Source of the DNA: Promethearchaeota archaeon
GTDB lineage: Archaea > Asgardarchaeota > Odinarchaeia > Odinarchaeales > JBHLKK01
DNA length: 25,432 nucleotides
Assembly: GCA_048939465.1 (NCBI GenBank)
Contig: JBHLPL010000016.1
Location: forward strand, 1-25,432
Direction: 5' to 3'
In this document: piece after piece, positions 1 to 8,854 of the stretch
Layout: each line of letters begins with the position of its first letter
Numbering within the stretch: the stretch's first letter is position 1
Position numbers and translations under genes: made by a program
The notes under the pieces: generated by a model
What the model was told of the DNA's origin: nothing
Databases searched by the model: none
What the model saw: only the letters and a program-made list of their open reading frames with translations

Positions 1-700
1 TCCACTTGCCTCCGTTAGGTTTTGAGAACACTTTTACCGGGTTATGAACCGCCATTTTTTGAGCAATCTTCAATGTGCTGTCCTTCGATCCGTCATCAAT
101 AACTATGATCTCTTTTGAGTTGTAGGTGAGGTTGGTCAAAGAATTGATGGTTTTTTCAATTACTTTTTCCTCATTATATGCGGGTACGATAATGGAGACT
201 CTAGGCCCCTCAGCAACAGGTTTTACTCTCGATCTGTAAGCTAAGGACGCAGACACATTAACAAAAGTTCTAACACCCAAAAATACCAGGGAACCGATGA
301 AGAGGTAAAATGAAATCACATACAATAATTCTCGGTTGAAAATTGATAAAACCACTTGTATTATTCCAACGGCAACTATTGCCAATACGGTAATACCAAC
401 CGAAGTGATTTTGGACCTTTTCATTGGTGATGAGAATTTTTTCCTGGCCTTAGAATACCATAAAAGAGTCCCTATCAGGGTTGCTACTGCAGCTAAAGCT
501 GAGATATACGTTATCCAGTAAAGAACTGGATATACAAATGGGTTTGAGATTACTTCAAAGATAAGATTCCCTACAAATAACATTCCGGAGATAATATAAT
601 ATACTGCAAGCCAAAGGACCTCATAATAGATTAGAAGTGATATCAAAAGTATTAAGCTAAATATTACTAGACCTAGTAGAATAGTTCTTTTGCGAACCAT
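1..700 (-). CDS. Family 2 glycosyltransferase (cellulose synthase/PgaC-like) with N-terminal multi-TM region; 3' end runs off the window
   Basis: Not in the ORF track because it is truncated. Hand translation from ATG at 700: MVRKRTILLGLVIFSLILL... hydrophobic ~150 aa, then RVSIIVPAYNEEKVIEKTI...EIIVIDDGSKDST...KPNGGKW, the classic GT-A N-terminal motifs. Confidence 0.9.
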   Translation of the reverse strand, partial: MVRKRTILLGLVIFSLILLISLLIYYEVLWLAVYYIISGMLFVGNLIFEVISNPFVYPVLYWITYISALAAVATLIGTLLWYSKARKKFSSPMKRSKITSVGITVLAIVAVGIIQVVLSIFNRELLYVISFYLFIGSLVFLGVRTFVNVSASLAYRSRVKPVAEGPRVSIIVPAYNEEKVIEKTINSLTNLTYNSKEIIVIDDGSKDSTLKIAQKMAVHNPVKVFSKPNGGKW

Positions 701-790
701 GACTCGCCTGAATTTCGATAGAATATAAAAGGATTTAGTTTCTTAATAGCAAAATATCTGGAAAAAAGAAAGCACCGGTGAAATAGAGAA

Positions 791-1573
791 ATGGTATTCC
801 TATCAACAAAGCTTCATAGTTCGGGCGCTAGGAACATAGCAAATAGGCTGAACTCGATTTCTGGCGGGAAAGTCTTGGATGCTTGCACTGGAAATGGCGA
901 ATTCATCGGTACATTGATGAAGACCTTCAAAGACTATGATTCCTTTGTCGGAATCGATACTTCGGATAAAGAACTGGAAGCAGCAAGAAAGGATTTCAAA
1001 GATCAACCTGTGAATTTCATTCGGATGAATGCTGAAAAGCTCGAATTTGGGGAGGACTATTTCGACACAGTATGCGTTGCCAATTCGCTGCATCACCTTA
1101 CAAATGTCGACCTCGTATTGTCTGAGATGAAACGTGTTCTGAAATCTGACGGTTATTTCATTGTTCAGGAAATGTTTTGCGACGGTGAACAGACAGAAGC
1201 ACAAAGAACAGACGTCCTCAGTCATGGTCTATGTGCAGAAATCGACTCTCTTTTGGCCGTTCCCCACAGAAGAACATTCACCAAACGAAGAATTGAGAGC
1301 TTTGTCAAAAGACTGGCGTTAGAGAAAGTTGAAGTTTTTGAATCCTCGAGGTATGTCAAATGCTTATTCTGTGATCAATGGGAAAAATGCGAAGATCCAA
1401 AGGATAGAGACATAGTAAACTCTGCCCTAAAAGGAATCGATAGAGATCTTGAAAAGCTGAAAGACCATCAGGCACAGAGAAGATTCCAAGAGAGGGCGGA
1501 GAGAATTAAGAAAAAGATAGTGAGATTCGGTTCAACTCCAGCTTCTACTCTATTCTTTATTGGAAGGAAGTAA
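791..1573 (+). CDS. Class I SAM-dependent methyltransferase with Cys-containing C-terminal extension
   Basis: Motif I VLDACTGNGEF, motif II acidic GIDTS, FDTVCVANSLHH, VLSEMKRVLK; C-terminal CLFCDQWEKC. Confidence 0.85.
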   Translation: MVFLSTKLHSSGARNIANRLNSISGGKVLDACTGNGEFIGTLMKTFKDYDSFVGIDTSDKELEAARKDFKDQPVNFIRMNAEKLEFGEDYFDTVCVANSLHHLTNVDLVLSEMKRVLKSDGYFIVQEMFCDGEQTEAQRTDVLSHGLCAEIDSLLAVPHRRTFTKRRIESFVKRLALEKVEVFESSRYVKCLFCDQWEKCEDPKDRDIVNSALKGIDRDLEKLKDHQAQRRFQERAERIKKKIVRFGSTPASTLFFIGRK

Positions 1574-1802
1574 TATACGATACCCCGTCTTCTTCGATGG
1601 AATCACAACGCAAGACATTAGCAAACCCACTCCTCATTTTTCCTTTAAGGCCTAAAGAGGCAGCGATAGAAAGAAGGGAAAGAAGCCACTTATTGAGTTT
1701 GAAGGGGAACATCATGGCTACATGGATTGAACTGGCCGATTACAATCTCCTCGCATCTTCAAGAGACAAAGCCTCATCAAATTCGGAGAAAAATCTTAAG
1801 AT

Positions 1803-2402
1803 TCATTTCTGATCTTTCTTTATGAAGTACCTCATGATAGGGCGCGTTTCTGATCTTCTAAGAACTTCCAAGAATCCTGCCTTCTTAAACACAGATACAA
1901 AGCCGATATAGGAGAAGGCATCGGGATAATTCGGTCTTTTTGGATCTATGGGATACCCCTCAACAATCTCCCCACCGTTCTCTCTGGCATACTCTGTGGC
2001 TGCCAATAGCAGTCTCAGGGAAACACCTTTCCTTCTGTAAGGCTTGCTTACAAAGAAGCAAACCACAGACCAAACAGGTTTCTCATCAACTCTCTTGAAG
2101 ATTCTTGAACTCTCCAAAACAGGAAAATGCTCTCTTGGAGCCACTGAACACCAACCTACAGGCTGACCATCTGTATACGCAAGTATCCCTGGAATCTCTC
2201 CTGAGTCCACAATTCTTTTCAAGGCCTTCTTGTTACTTTCACCTTTTTGTTCACAGAACTGTGAACGCTTTATCCTCCACCACATGCACCAGCATCCGCC
2301 ACATGCACCTGTTGGACCAAATAGTTTTTCCAAATCACCCCATCGGTCAGTGGTTAAAGGATGGAACTCAAGGCTTGAGAGCCGCGGATTTCCTAAATTC
2401 AT
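1803..2402 (-). CDS. GNAT family N-acetyltransferase
   Basis: Motif A CFFVSKPYRRKGVSLRLL; N-terminal CGGCWCMWW; VEGYP. Confidence 0.85.
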   Translation of the reverse strand: MNLGNPRLSSLEFHPLTTDRWGDLEKLFGPTGACGGCWCMWWRIKRSQFCEQKGESNKKALKRIVDSGEIPGILAYTDGQPVGWCSVAPREHFPVLESSRIFKRVDEKPVWSVVCFFVSKPYRRKGVSLRLLLAATEYARENGGEIVEGYPIDPKRPNYPDAFSYIGFVSVFKKAGFLEVLRRSETRPIMRYFIKKDQK

Positions 2403-2436
2403 TTTTTCCCCTCGAGATTGTTCAACTACTCGCAGA

Positions 2437-2456
2437 CAAGAGCTTATTTGCTCTTG
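2437..2456. promoter_or_regulatory. Perfect 7-bp inverted repeat (possible operator or terminator hairpin)
   Basis: CAAGAGC-ttattt-GCTCTTG in the 71-bp gap between the 2474-3529 and 1803-2402 genes. Confidence 0.3.
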
Positions 2457-2473
2457 CAGTAACCAAGCCCCAT

Positions 2474-3529
2474 TTAGTCTTTAATACGTTTAAAGATTCT
2501 CAAAGCGATTAAGGTTATCCATTTGCTAGGTTTACCTGCTCTCTCTATATTGGTTTGCATTCTGCCAGCTGGAGTACTCTCAAGAATCCATTTCCCATCA
2601 GACCTGCGCTCCTGCAGTAAGACCAGCAAAGCATCATCTAGGCGCTTGTCTTCGGTGTAACCTAGTTTGGTCAAGACATCTAGACCTCTCAGAATGCTGT
2701 ATCCGTAAAACCATGGGAAACTTAGTCTCAGCCACGATTCATTGATCACCCTGTAGTCGTGATGATCTGCCTTGAAGAGACGATGCATGAGAAAGAATTC
2801 TGCAGCTTCTTCAATCGTCTCTCTCATTTCTCTGGTCAGACTTTCTTTTGGGACTTCGCTAAAGGCCTCCAGTGGGCAGATTGTTCCATAAAAGCATCCA
2901 TGTTTATCTCTGATGTGAGCCTTCCAGTATGGACAGAGCCAACCCCCATCCCGATTTTGAATCTCTACAAGCCATTCCAGTGCTTTCATTACGCGAGGGT
3001 CGTCTCCATAACCCATCCTTATTAGAGCTGCAGCCATATTACCGGTAAGACATGAATATTGGTGCTCAATAACCTTCGCATGTATCCAATCGTTTCGTGC
3101 GGGCAACTTCTTGCCTTTCTTAAGCAAGGATTCATATTCCTCTAATCCCTGTTCATAAGTGCAGCTTGAAAAACCCCCCTCATCCAGTTGAAACCCAAAA
3201 ATGTACTCACAGGCTCTTCTAACTCTTACATCGCTCCTATCCATTCCCAGCTGACCTAATACCATTATCTGCCAATAAGAAGACTTATACTTGGGGTGGT
3301 ATGGGCTAGTAGAATCTTCCCAGTGCCCCTCCGATTTCTGTTTAGAAAATATCCTCGCTGCAATCCTTGAAGAAGGGATAGCATTCTTAGCTGCTTCCAA
3401 TTCAGGATCATCTTCTTTCCTGTCTAAAAGATCCCTTAGAGTGAGATATCGAACCGAAGGATTCTTCTCTTCTAAGAGCCAGCCAACAAGACTTTCATCC
3501 AACACGTCTTCCAAAGCATCCATTCTCAA
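2474..3529 (-). CDS. Prenyltransferase/squalene-cyclase-repeat (alpha/alpha barrel) protein of unknown function
   Basis: Repeated QxxxGxW-like motifs: QKSEGHW, QLDEGGF, QNRDGGW, RRSDGKW. Confidence 0.75.
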   Translation of the reverse strand: MRMDALEDVLDESLVGWLLEEKNPSVRYLTLRDLLDRKEDDPELEAAKNAIPSSRIAARIFSKQKSEGHWEDSTSPYHPKYKSSYWQIMVLGQLGMDRSDVRVRRACEYIFGFQLDEGGFSSCTYEQGLEEYESLLKKGKKLPARNDWIHAKVIEHQYSCLTGNMAAALIRMGYGDDPRVMKALEWLVEIQNRDGGWLCPYWKAHIRDKHGCFYGTICPLEAFSEVPKESLTREMRETIEEAAEFFLMHRLFKADHHDYRVINESWLRLSFPWFYGYSILRGLDVLTKLGYTEDKRLDDALLVLLQERRSDGKWILESTPAGRMQTNIERAGKPSKWITLIALRIFKRIKD

Positions 3530-3790
3530 CCTCTCTCCCTTCGTACCATATTTAGGAGTTAGCCATCAGGCAATTAAAAGATTGATATTTGCTTTGAAAT
3601 TACCTCATCAGAAATGACGAAGAGGCTCTTGTGTCCCTTCCTTGCTGTCTATGGAGTCCTGGAAATGTTTTGACTTAACCCTTTTGTGATTTCTTCTCTT
3701 ACCCTTACGTGGAAGAAGGTTGGTGTCTCTCTTAGAACGTATGTTCCAAGAGATGGCCGATTAAGAAGGTCTTTTTGCTTGCGTCTTCTT

Positions 3791-5203
3791 TCAGATTGAT
3801 GTGAGGAACATGTTGATGGTAGGAGCATACACAATAAGAAAGATAATTCCGAAAAACGCAAGGATGAACCATAACTGTCTTGTAAGAAAATGACGCAACC
3901 TGCTCCTGGAGAATTCGTTGGCTACTTTGGTGAATTCACGGGCCCGCGCGCGGTAGTATCTAGCCAACCCTTCATCAGTGATTGTAAGCTCACCGTCTGT
4001 TTCTTCAACTAGACCACTGCGTCGTGCCTGATCTAGATTCTTGATGATCCCTCGCCTTTCTAGCTCCCTATGACCAAACAAGGCGTGGAAATCGTAATAC
4101 CTACATGCAGAAGCTGAGCCTTGCAGAAAGCTGCTATTAAGCTGACTGGGAGCAGCAGCCCCTCGAGTGAGCTGTGCAAGCACCCAGTCAGTTATCTTAT
4201 CTTCAAAAAAGGCACTTGCCCCCAGACGAATGGTATCTACGCTGAGTTCCTCACCGGCTACAACCATCTCCTTCAATGTTATTGCAGCATCCCACAGAAT
4301 GATCCCTGCGATTAGAAGGGCTATCAAGGCATCCGCGAAGTAGAAGTTAAAGATGGAAAATGTTAATCCGATTATCACACCAGTAGTGATTTTTAAATGG
4401 GCTTCGTTGTCTTTAGCATCGCTTAATAAGGACAGATTTCCAGACATTCGGCCCACAGCCGTTTTCATGTAAACTAAGCCAAAGTTGAATAGTATAGATA
4501 GCCCAGATACGAGATAGGCCTCAACTGTCACGGATATTGGTTCATTGACAAGGAGGCTGACTATCGCTCCTTGTGCTAGGGATCCGCCGGTAATTGTCAT
4601 GAGTCCAATGATCATTATGGCACCCGCTCGATCACGTTTGTACCGAACGCTCAATCCGATGATAGGCACCTTCACAAGGTCTGTCAGTTTCTCAATACCC
4701 TCGAAGAACATGGCGTTACTGCCAATATTGGAAGCAATCCAGATTTCGATGGCAGCGAGAATCAGCAGAGTGAAGACCGAGATGATTAGCACGATGCGCT
4801 CTGTGAGAAACTTCTGCATCCAATAAGAGTCGTGCAGAATCTGAAGACGTCCTACGCGGAGAGCTCTTCGTCCCTTATCCGTAATGGTTACTTGATCGTC
4901 TTTCACAGTAAACAGGTCGCTGTTGACGCCTTGCTGGAGGGCTTCATCTATATTCGCTGAGGTTATGGTAAGCTGGTTTAGCGACATAGAAAAGAAACAA
5001 TCGAAATGATTGTAGAGCTGTGCGCGACTATTTACACCTTCTGTAACCGCACACAATACGGCGTATAACGCAGATTTCTCGGGACCCCGTCGAAAAAACT
5101 CCTTGACTTCACGATGCCGGTAACCCCGACGGATTTCTTTCTCACTGAAATCAAATATAGAATCAAGTGACTTGGGATTAGCAGAAGATGACTTTCTCTT
5201 CAA
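3791..5203 (-). CDS. Cation diffusion facilitator (CDF)-type membrane domain flanked by two winged-helix-like domains
   Basis: Central ~6 TM segment aligns by eye to the Cation_efflux pattern (SNAMFFEGIEKLTD; SLLSDAKDNEAH; FADALIALLIAGIILWDA). The N- and C-terminal soluble regions both end in wing-like TITDKG / TITDEG. TTG start. Confidence 0.7.
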   Translation of the reverse strand: MKRKSSSANPKSLDSIFDFSEKEIRRGYRHREVKEFFRRGPEKSALYAVLCAVTEGVNSRAQLYNHFDCFFSMSLNQLTITSANIDEALQQGVNSDLFTVKDDQVTITDKGRRALRVGRLQILHDSYWMQKFLTERIVLIISVFTLLILAAIEIWIASNIGSNAMFFEGIEKLTDLVKVPIIGLSVRYKRDRAGAIMIIGLMTITGGSLAQGAIVSLLVNEPISVTVEAYLVSGLSILFNFGLVYMKTAVGRMSGNLSLLSDAKDNEAHLKITTGVIIGLTFSIFNFYFADALIALLIAGIILWDAAITLKEMVVAGEELSVDTIRLGASAFFEDKITDWVLAQLTRGAAAPSQLNSSFLQGSASACRYYDFHALFGHRELERRGIIKNLDQARRSGLVEETDGELTITDEGLARYYRARAREFTKVANEFSRSRLRHFLTRQLWFILAFFGIIFLIVYAPTINMFLTSI

Positions 5204-5296
5204 GAATTCTCCCTCGTCATTGCTGAATCAATGAATCTCGAAACGTCTTTAATGATCGGGTTGTATATAGGATTATTCTCTGACCCAGATGATTCT

Positions 5297-6049
5297 CTAA
5301 TCTTCATCGGAATCCTTGCCAGCTAGCTTCATTATCCGCTCCTCGATATCTTCTACTTTTTTGAGCAGTCGTGAAATGTCTTCTTGGATATTTTCCAGCT
5401 TCGTGTCTGATTCCCAACTCTTAAGAACACGGCTAATATGGGTTTTCAGCTCTTCAAAACTCTTCTCTGTTCTAGGTAGAACCCCGCTTTTCCTTAATCT
5501 GCTGAGTACCTTAACAAGTTCCATCTCATCTATTTCACTGATTTGCGCCGCCTCAGATAATGTTTTTGCGTTTGCAATGGCGGTGAGAGCATGAAGGTCG
5601 TCTTCATCTAACATATCCTTTCCTATAATAGGTCTGAGGCCGTACTCATCCAATATTTCTCTCATCACTCCCTGGACAATAATCTCCAATTCTTCAGGTC
5701 CGAGCAAAACAAACAAGTCCTTCAGCTGGATTACGGCCACGCCGAGTTCCTTAGAGACTTTTTCTGCCGCATCATCCGAGAACCCTTTACATACGACCAT
5801 TGGAAGATATTCGGGGCCAAGCATTTTGGCGTTGGCATAAGCTTGTCGGAGTGTGGACACGTCGCACATTCCTGCCTTGACTTCAACAGCAAAGGGCTGT
5901 CCTACACTGTTTTTCGCAACAATGTCTACTTCCGCAGCCTCTACTCCGTCCACTACAACCAAACGTGAAACATCGATTATTTGAAAGCCTAAGAAGTTTT
6001 CAAGTATGTATCTTGCAATCCTTTCGCTACTACGTCCACGTTTAGACAA
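5297..6049 (-). CDS. PD-(D/E)XK (restriction endonuclease/Mrr/YraN-like) nuclease domain + HTH + coiled-coil tail
   Basis: SSERIARYIL...EVDIVAK...AVEVKAG catalytic pattern; helical ALTAIANAKTLSEAAQ...VLSRLRKSGVL; heptad tail LENIQEDISRLLKKVEDIEERIMKL. Confidence 0.75.
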   Translation of the reverse strand: MSKRGRSSERIARYILENFLGFQIIDVSRLVVVDGVEAAEVDIVAKNSVGQPFAVEVKAGMCDVSTLRQAYANAKMLGPEYLPMVVCKGFSDDAAEKVSKELGVAVIQLKDLFVLLGPEELEIIVQGVMREILDEYGLRPIIGKDMLDEDDLHALTAIANAKTLSEAAQISEIDEMELVKVLSRLRKSGVLPRTEKSFEELKTHISRVLKSWESDTKLENIQEDISRLLKKVEDIEERIMKLAGKDSDED

Positions 6050-6169
6050 ACTTCACACCACACAAAAACTATTTAGAGCGTTGCATAATAATCTTTGTTT
6101 CCTGCAAACCATTTTATAAAGATCACAGTACGTCATTTTCAAGAAGATGTACGGTGTTAATTATCTAAG

Positions 6170-6931
6170 GTGGCAAGAATGAAAGTAGTCTACCACGAGA
6201 GGTATGAAGAAGTCTACACGGGCGATCCAGCAGCAGCCCCAGGAAGAATGGAGAGTATTCATAACGTTTTATCCTCCAATTTTGAGTTTGTCAAACCTCG
6301 ACCTGCAACTGAAGACGATCTGAAGCTTGTGCATACGGCAGACCATATTAGAGACGTTAAACGCTACGGGCTAACCTATGAAATTGCTCTGCTTGCAGTT
6401 GGAGGCGCAATAAAGACCGCTGAGCACGCAATGGAACTTGAACCTGCTTTTGGGTTGATTAGGCCGCCCGGGCATCACGCAAGTAGGAATTCTTGTTGGG
6501 GTTTTTGCTATTTCAACAATGTGGCAATATCGATAGAACGACTTAGACTGAGTAATAGGATTAGAAGAGCTCTTATTGTTGACATTGATCTGCACTTTGG
6601 TGATGGAACCTGTAATATATTTAGGGATATATCAGAAGTCTCATATTTTCACGTCAGTGGCGGTAACAGCAAGGATTTCCTGAATGATCTCTCAAATTAC
6701 CTTAGCACCAAAAAGAACTGTGATATTGTTGCAGTATCGGCGGGATTTGACAGACATGAAGAAGACTGGGGAAGAATGCTAAAGACAGAGGATTATTCTG
6801 AGATTGGGAGAATCGTGAAAGACTTTTCTGAAGAGGTCTGCGAAGGTAGACGTTACGGGGTTTTGGAAGGAGGATACAACCACCAAGTGCTTGGCGAGAA
6901 CGTAAAGAGTCTGCTAGACGGTATGGGGTAG
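6170..6931 (+). CDS. Zn-dependent histone deacetylase family protein (AcuC/HDAC-like)
   Basis: RPPGHHA, GFCYFNNVA, DIDLHFGDG, SAGFD and EGGY motifs all present. Start may be the ATG at 6179. Confidence 0.93.
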   Translation: MARMKVVYHERYEEVYTGDPAAAPGRMESIHNVLSSNFEFVKPRPATEDDLKLVHTADHIRDVKRYGLTYEIALLAVGGAIKTAEHAMELEPAFGLIRPPGHHASRNSCWGFCYFNNVAISIERLRLSNRIRRALIVDIDLHFGDGTCNIFRDISEVSYFHVSGGNSKDFLNDLSNYLSTKKNCDIVAVSAGFDRHEEDWGRMLKTEDYSEIGRIVKDFSEEVCEGRRYGVLEGGYNHQVLGENVKSLLDGMG

Positions 6932-6944
6932 CTCCAGTAGATAG

Positions 6945-8165
6945 TTACTCCCAAGGACGCTTGTCCAAAGACAACTTCTCCACTTGTTCGAGTACGTAAT
7001 TTCTAATTTCGGCTGGCTCGGGTAGCTTTGCAACTATCTCCCCTTCCCTGATGATTGGCTTGATTATTGAATCCGTTTCTGCCCCACAATTGGGGCAGGT
7101 CGGAGAAGCCTTATCCGAGGGCAAAACAACATCCGTCAGGCAATCTGGACATCTCCAAACATTCTTCCATCCTGAGAGCCTATCCCGCTTGGCCACAGGC
7201 AACCACTTGCCTTCTCTCAAAACTGTAACAATATCCATTGCAAAATCAACAGTCGGAGCATTGCTCACATATGTGCCAACACCAAAACCGTCCACCCCTG
7301 CTTTGCCTAGTTCTCTAACGCTTTCTTCGTTCATCCCTCCGGATACGAAGATCTTGACGTCTTTATGCCCTCTTATGTCAAGTTCCCATCTGACCTCGCG
7401 AACTATTTTTGAGAAGTCTCCCTTCCGAGTCTTGGGGGTATCCAGTCTGACTCCCCAAAGATTGTCTCCTAGCGCGTCTGCTGCCATCAGTGATTCCGCT
7501 TTTTCATCAGAATAGGTGTCACAAAGAGGTATGCGCGGTATATTGGAAGGCATAATCTCATCGTAAGCTTTCCAAGCTTCAACTTGGTTTCCAAAGATTA
7601 TGATAAGAGCGTGTGGCATCGTTCCTGAGGGTCTAAGACCCAGCATACGAGCGCTCAAAATGCAGGATACGCCGTCAAAGCCAGAGATATAGCACGCTCT
7701 AGAGATCATCGGACTAATTGCCGGATGCTGGCGTCTGATTCCGAAAGATATGACTATTTTTTTACCAGCGATCTTCTTTATTCGACTGGCGGCAGTAGCT
7801 ATTCCAGAAGCCTGACACAGAAAACCGAGCAGAGGAGTTTCAAAAACTCCGTATTCTGCATACGCTCCTTCTATTAAGAGCACAGGCTCACGAACATTGT
7901 TATAATCCGTAGAGTAAAAAACGCTCCCTTCTGGCATTGCATAAACATTAACAGGACATCCTTCAAGAAGATACGCCACTTCTTCGATTCCAGACGATAT
8001 CCCCCAAGGCCAGTGGTTCGGCAGACCGCCAGTTGTTACTTCTGCCGTTGCAACCACATCATCTAATCCTTTTTCTTTGAGAATTTGCCTGGTTCTCACG
8101 AAGTAGATGTCCGTGGTCTCACCTGATTTAATCTCTTCATCGGATGCTGTATGAAATCTCTTCAT
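6945..8165 (-). CDS. pncB: Nicotinate phosphoribosyltransferase with C-terminal zinc ribbon
   Basis: TDIYF, SFGIRRQHP, GTMPHAL, VRLDT, FVSGG, GFGVGT; CPDC...CPNC. Frame is open to 8210, but the ATG at 8165 (MKRFHTA) is the more typical start. Confidence 0.92.
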   Translation of the reverse strand: MKRFHTASDEEIKSGETTDIYFVRTRQILKEKGLDDVVATAEVTTGGLPNHWPWGISSGIEEVAYLLEGCPVNVYAMPEGSVFYSTDYNNVREPVLLIEGAYAEYGVFETPLLGFLCQASGIATAASRIKKIAGKKIVISFGIRRQHPAISPMISRACYISGFDGVSCILSARMLGLRPSGTMPHALIIIFGNQVEAWKAYDEIMPSNIPRIPLCDTYSDEKAESLMAADALGDNLWGVRLDTPKTRKGDFSKIVREVRWELDIRGHKDVKIFVSGGMNEESVRELGKAGVDGFGVGTYVSNAPTVDFAMDIVTVLREGKWLPVAKRDRLSGWKNVWRCPDCLTDVVLPSDKASPTCPNCGAETDSIIKPIIREGEIVAKLPEPAEIRNYVLEQVEKLSLDKRPWE

Positions 8166-8278
8166 CTCTCTCTTCCTCTCTAATTGGAGACTAGGGTTGA
8201 AGTTCATCAATTTCTACGTAATTTTTTTAGGTATCCGTACCTTTTCTATTTATCTGTTACGCGTATGAGGCCAAGAAG

Positions 8279-8827
8279 ATGTTTGCGTTACTGATTATAG
8301 ATATGTTAAACGACTTCATTAGAGAGAACTCTGTTCTGGAGGTTCCGAAGGGAAGAGAAATCATTCCAAATATCCAGAAGCTCATATCAAAGGCCGAGGA
8401 AAGAGGGATTCCTGTAATATATGTTTGTGATGCTCATGAAAGAGATGATAATGAATTCTTGGAATTCAAACCGCACGCTATAAAGGGGACCGCGGGGGCG
8501 GAAGTCGTGGAGGAACTCCACCCTAGAAAGGGAGATATTATTATCGAGAAGACGAAATTCGACGGATTCTACAACACAAAACTGGACATCACGCTAAGGG
8601 ACCTTATGGCGGATACGCTAATTATTGCGGGGGTTCTTACTGATATTTGCATATTGTATACTGCTGCTAGCGCAAGTATGAGAGAATACAGGGTGTATGT
8701 TGTTAGTGATGGAACAGCAACCCACGAAGAAGAAACACACAAAGGTTTTTTGGATTATATGGCGAATTCTGCAAGGGTAGCTAGCATCGTTGACACTCAG
8801 GGAGCGTTGCTATTAATGGAAGAATAA
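8279..8827 (+). CDS. pncA: Isochorismatase-family cysteine hydrolase, probably nicotinamidase
   Basis: Catalytic Asp (IIDMLNDF), Lys (EKTKFDGF), Cys (GVLTDIC); metal ligands DAH...PH; divergent from pncB. Confidence 0.8.
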   Translation: MFALLIIDMLNDFIRENSVLEVPKGREIIPNIQKLISKAEERGIPVIYVCDAHERDDNEFLEFKPHAIKGTAGAEVVEELHPRKGDIIIEKTKFDGFYNTKLDITLRDLMADTLIIAGVLTDICILYTAASASMREYRVYVVSDGTATHEEETHKGFLDYMANSARVASIVDTQGALLLMEE

Positions 8828-8854
8828 CCTGTGATCTGTTTTCTCAGAAATAGG

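Noticed and set aside
1597-1812. 71-aa ORF and other frames in the 1574-1802 gap
   Set aside because: No recognisable family in any frame I translated; may be a decayed gene but unsupported.
3605-3611. CTGATGA on the minus strand (hammerhead core or C box)
   Set aside because: No stem II-GAAA or flanking stems, and no C'/D' arrangement with guide-length spacers.
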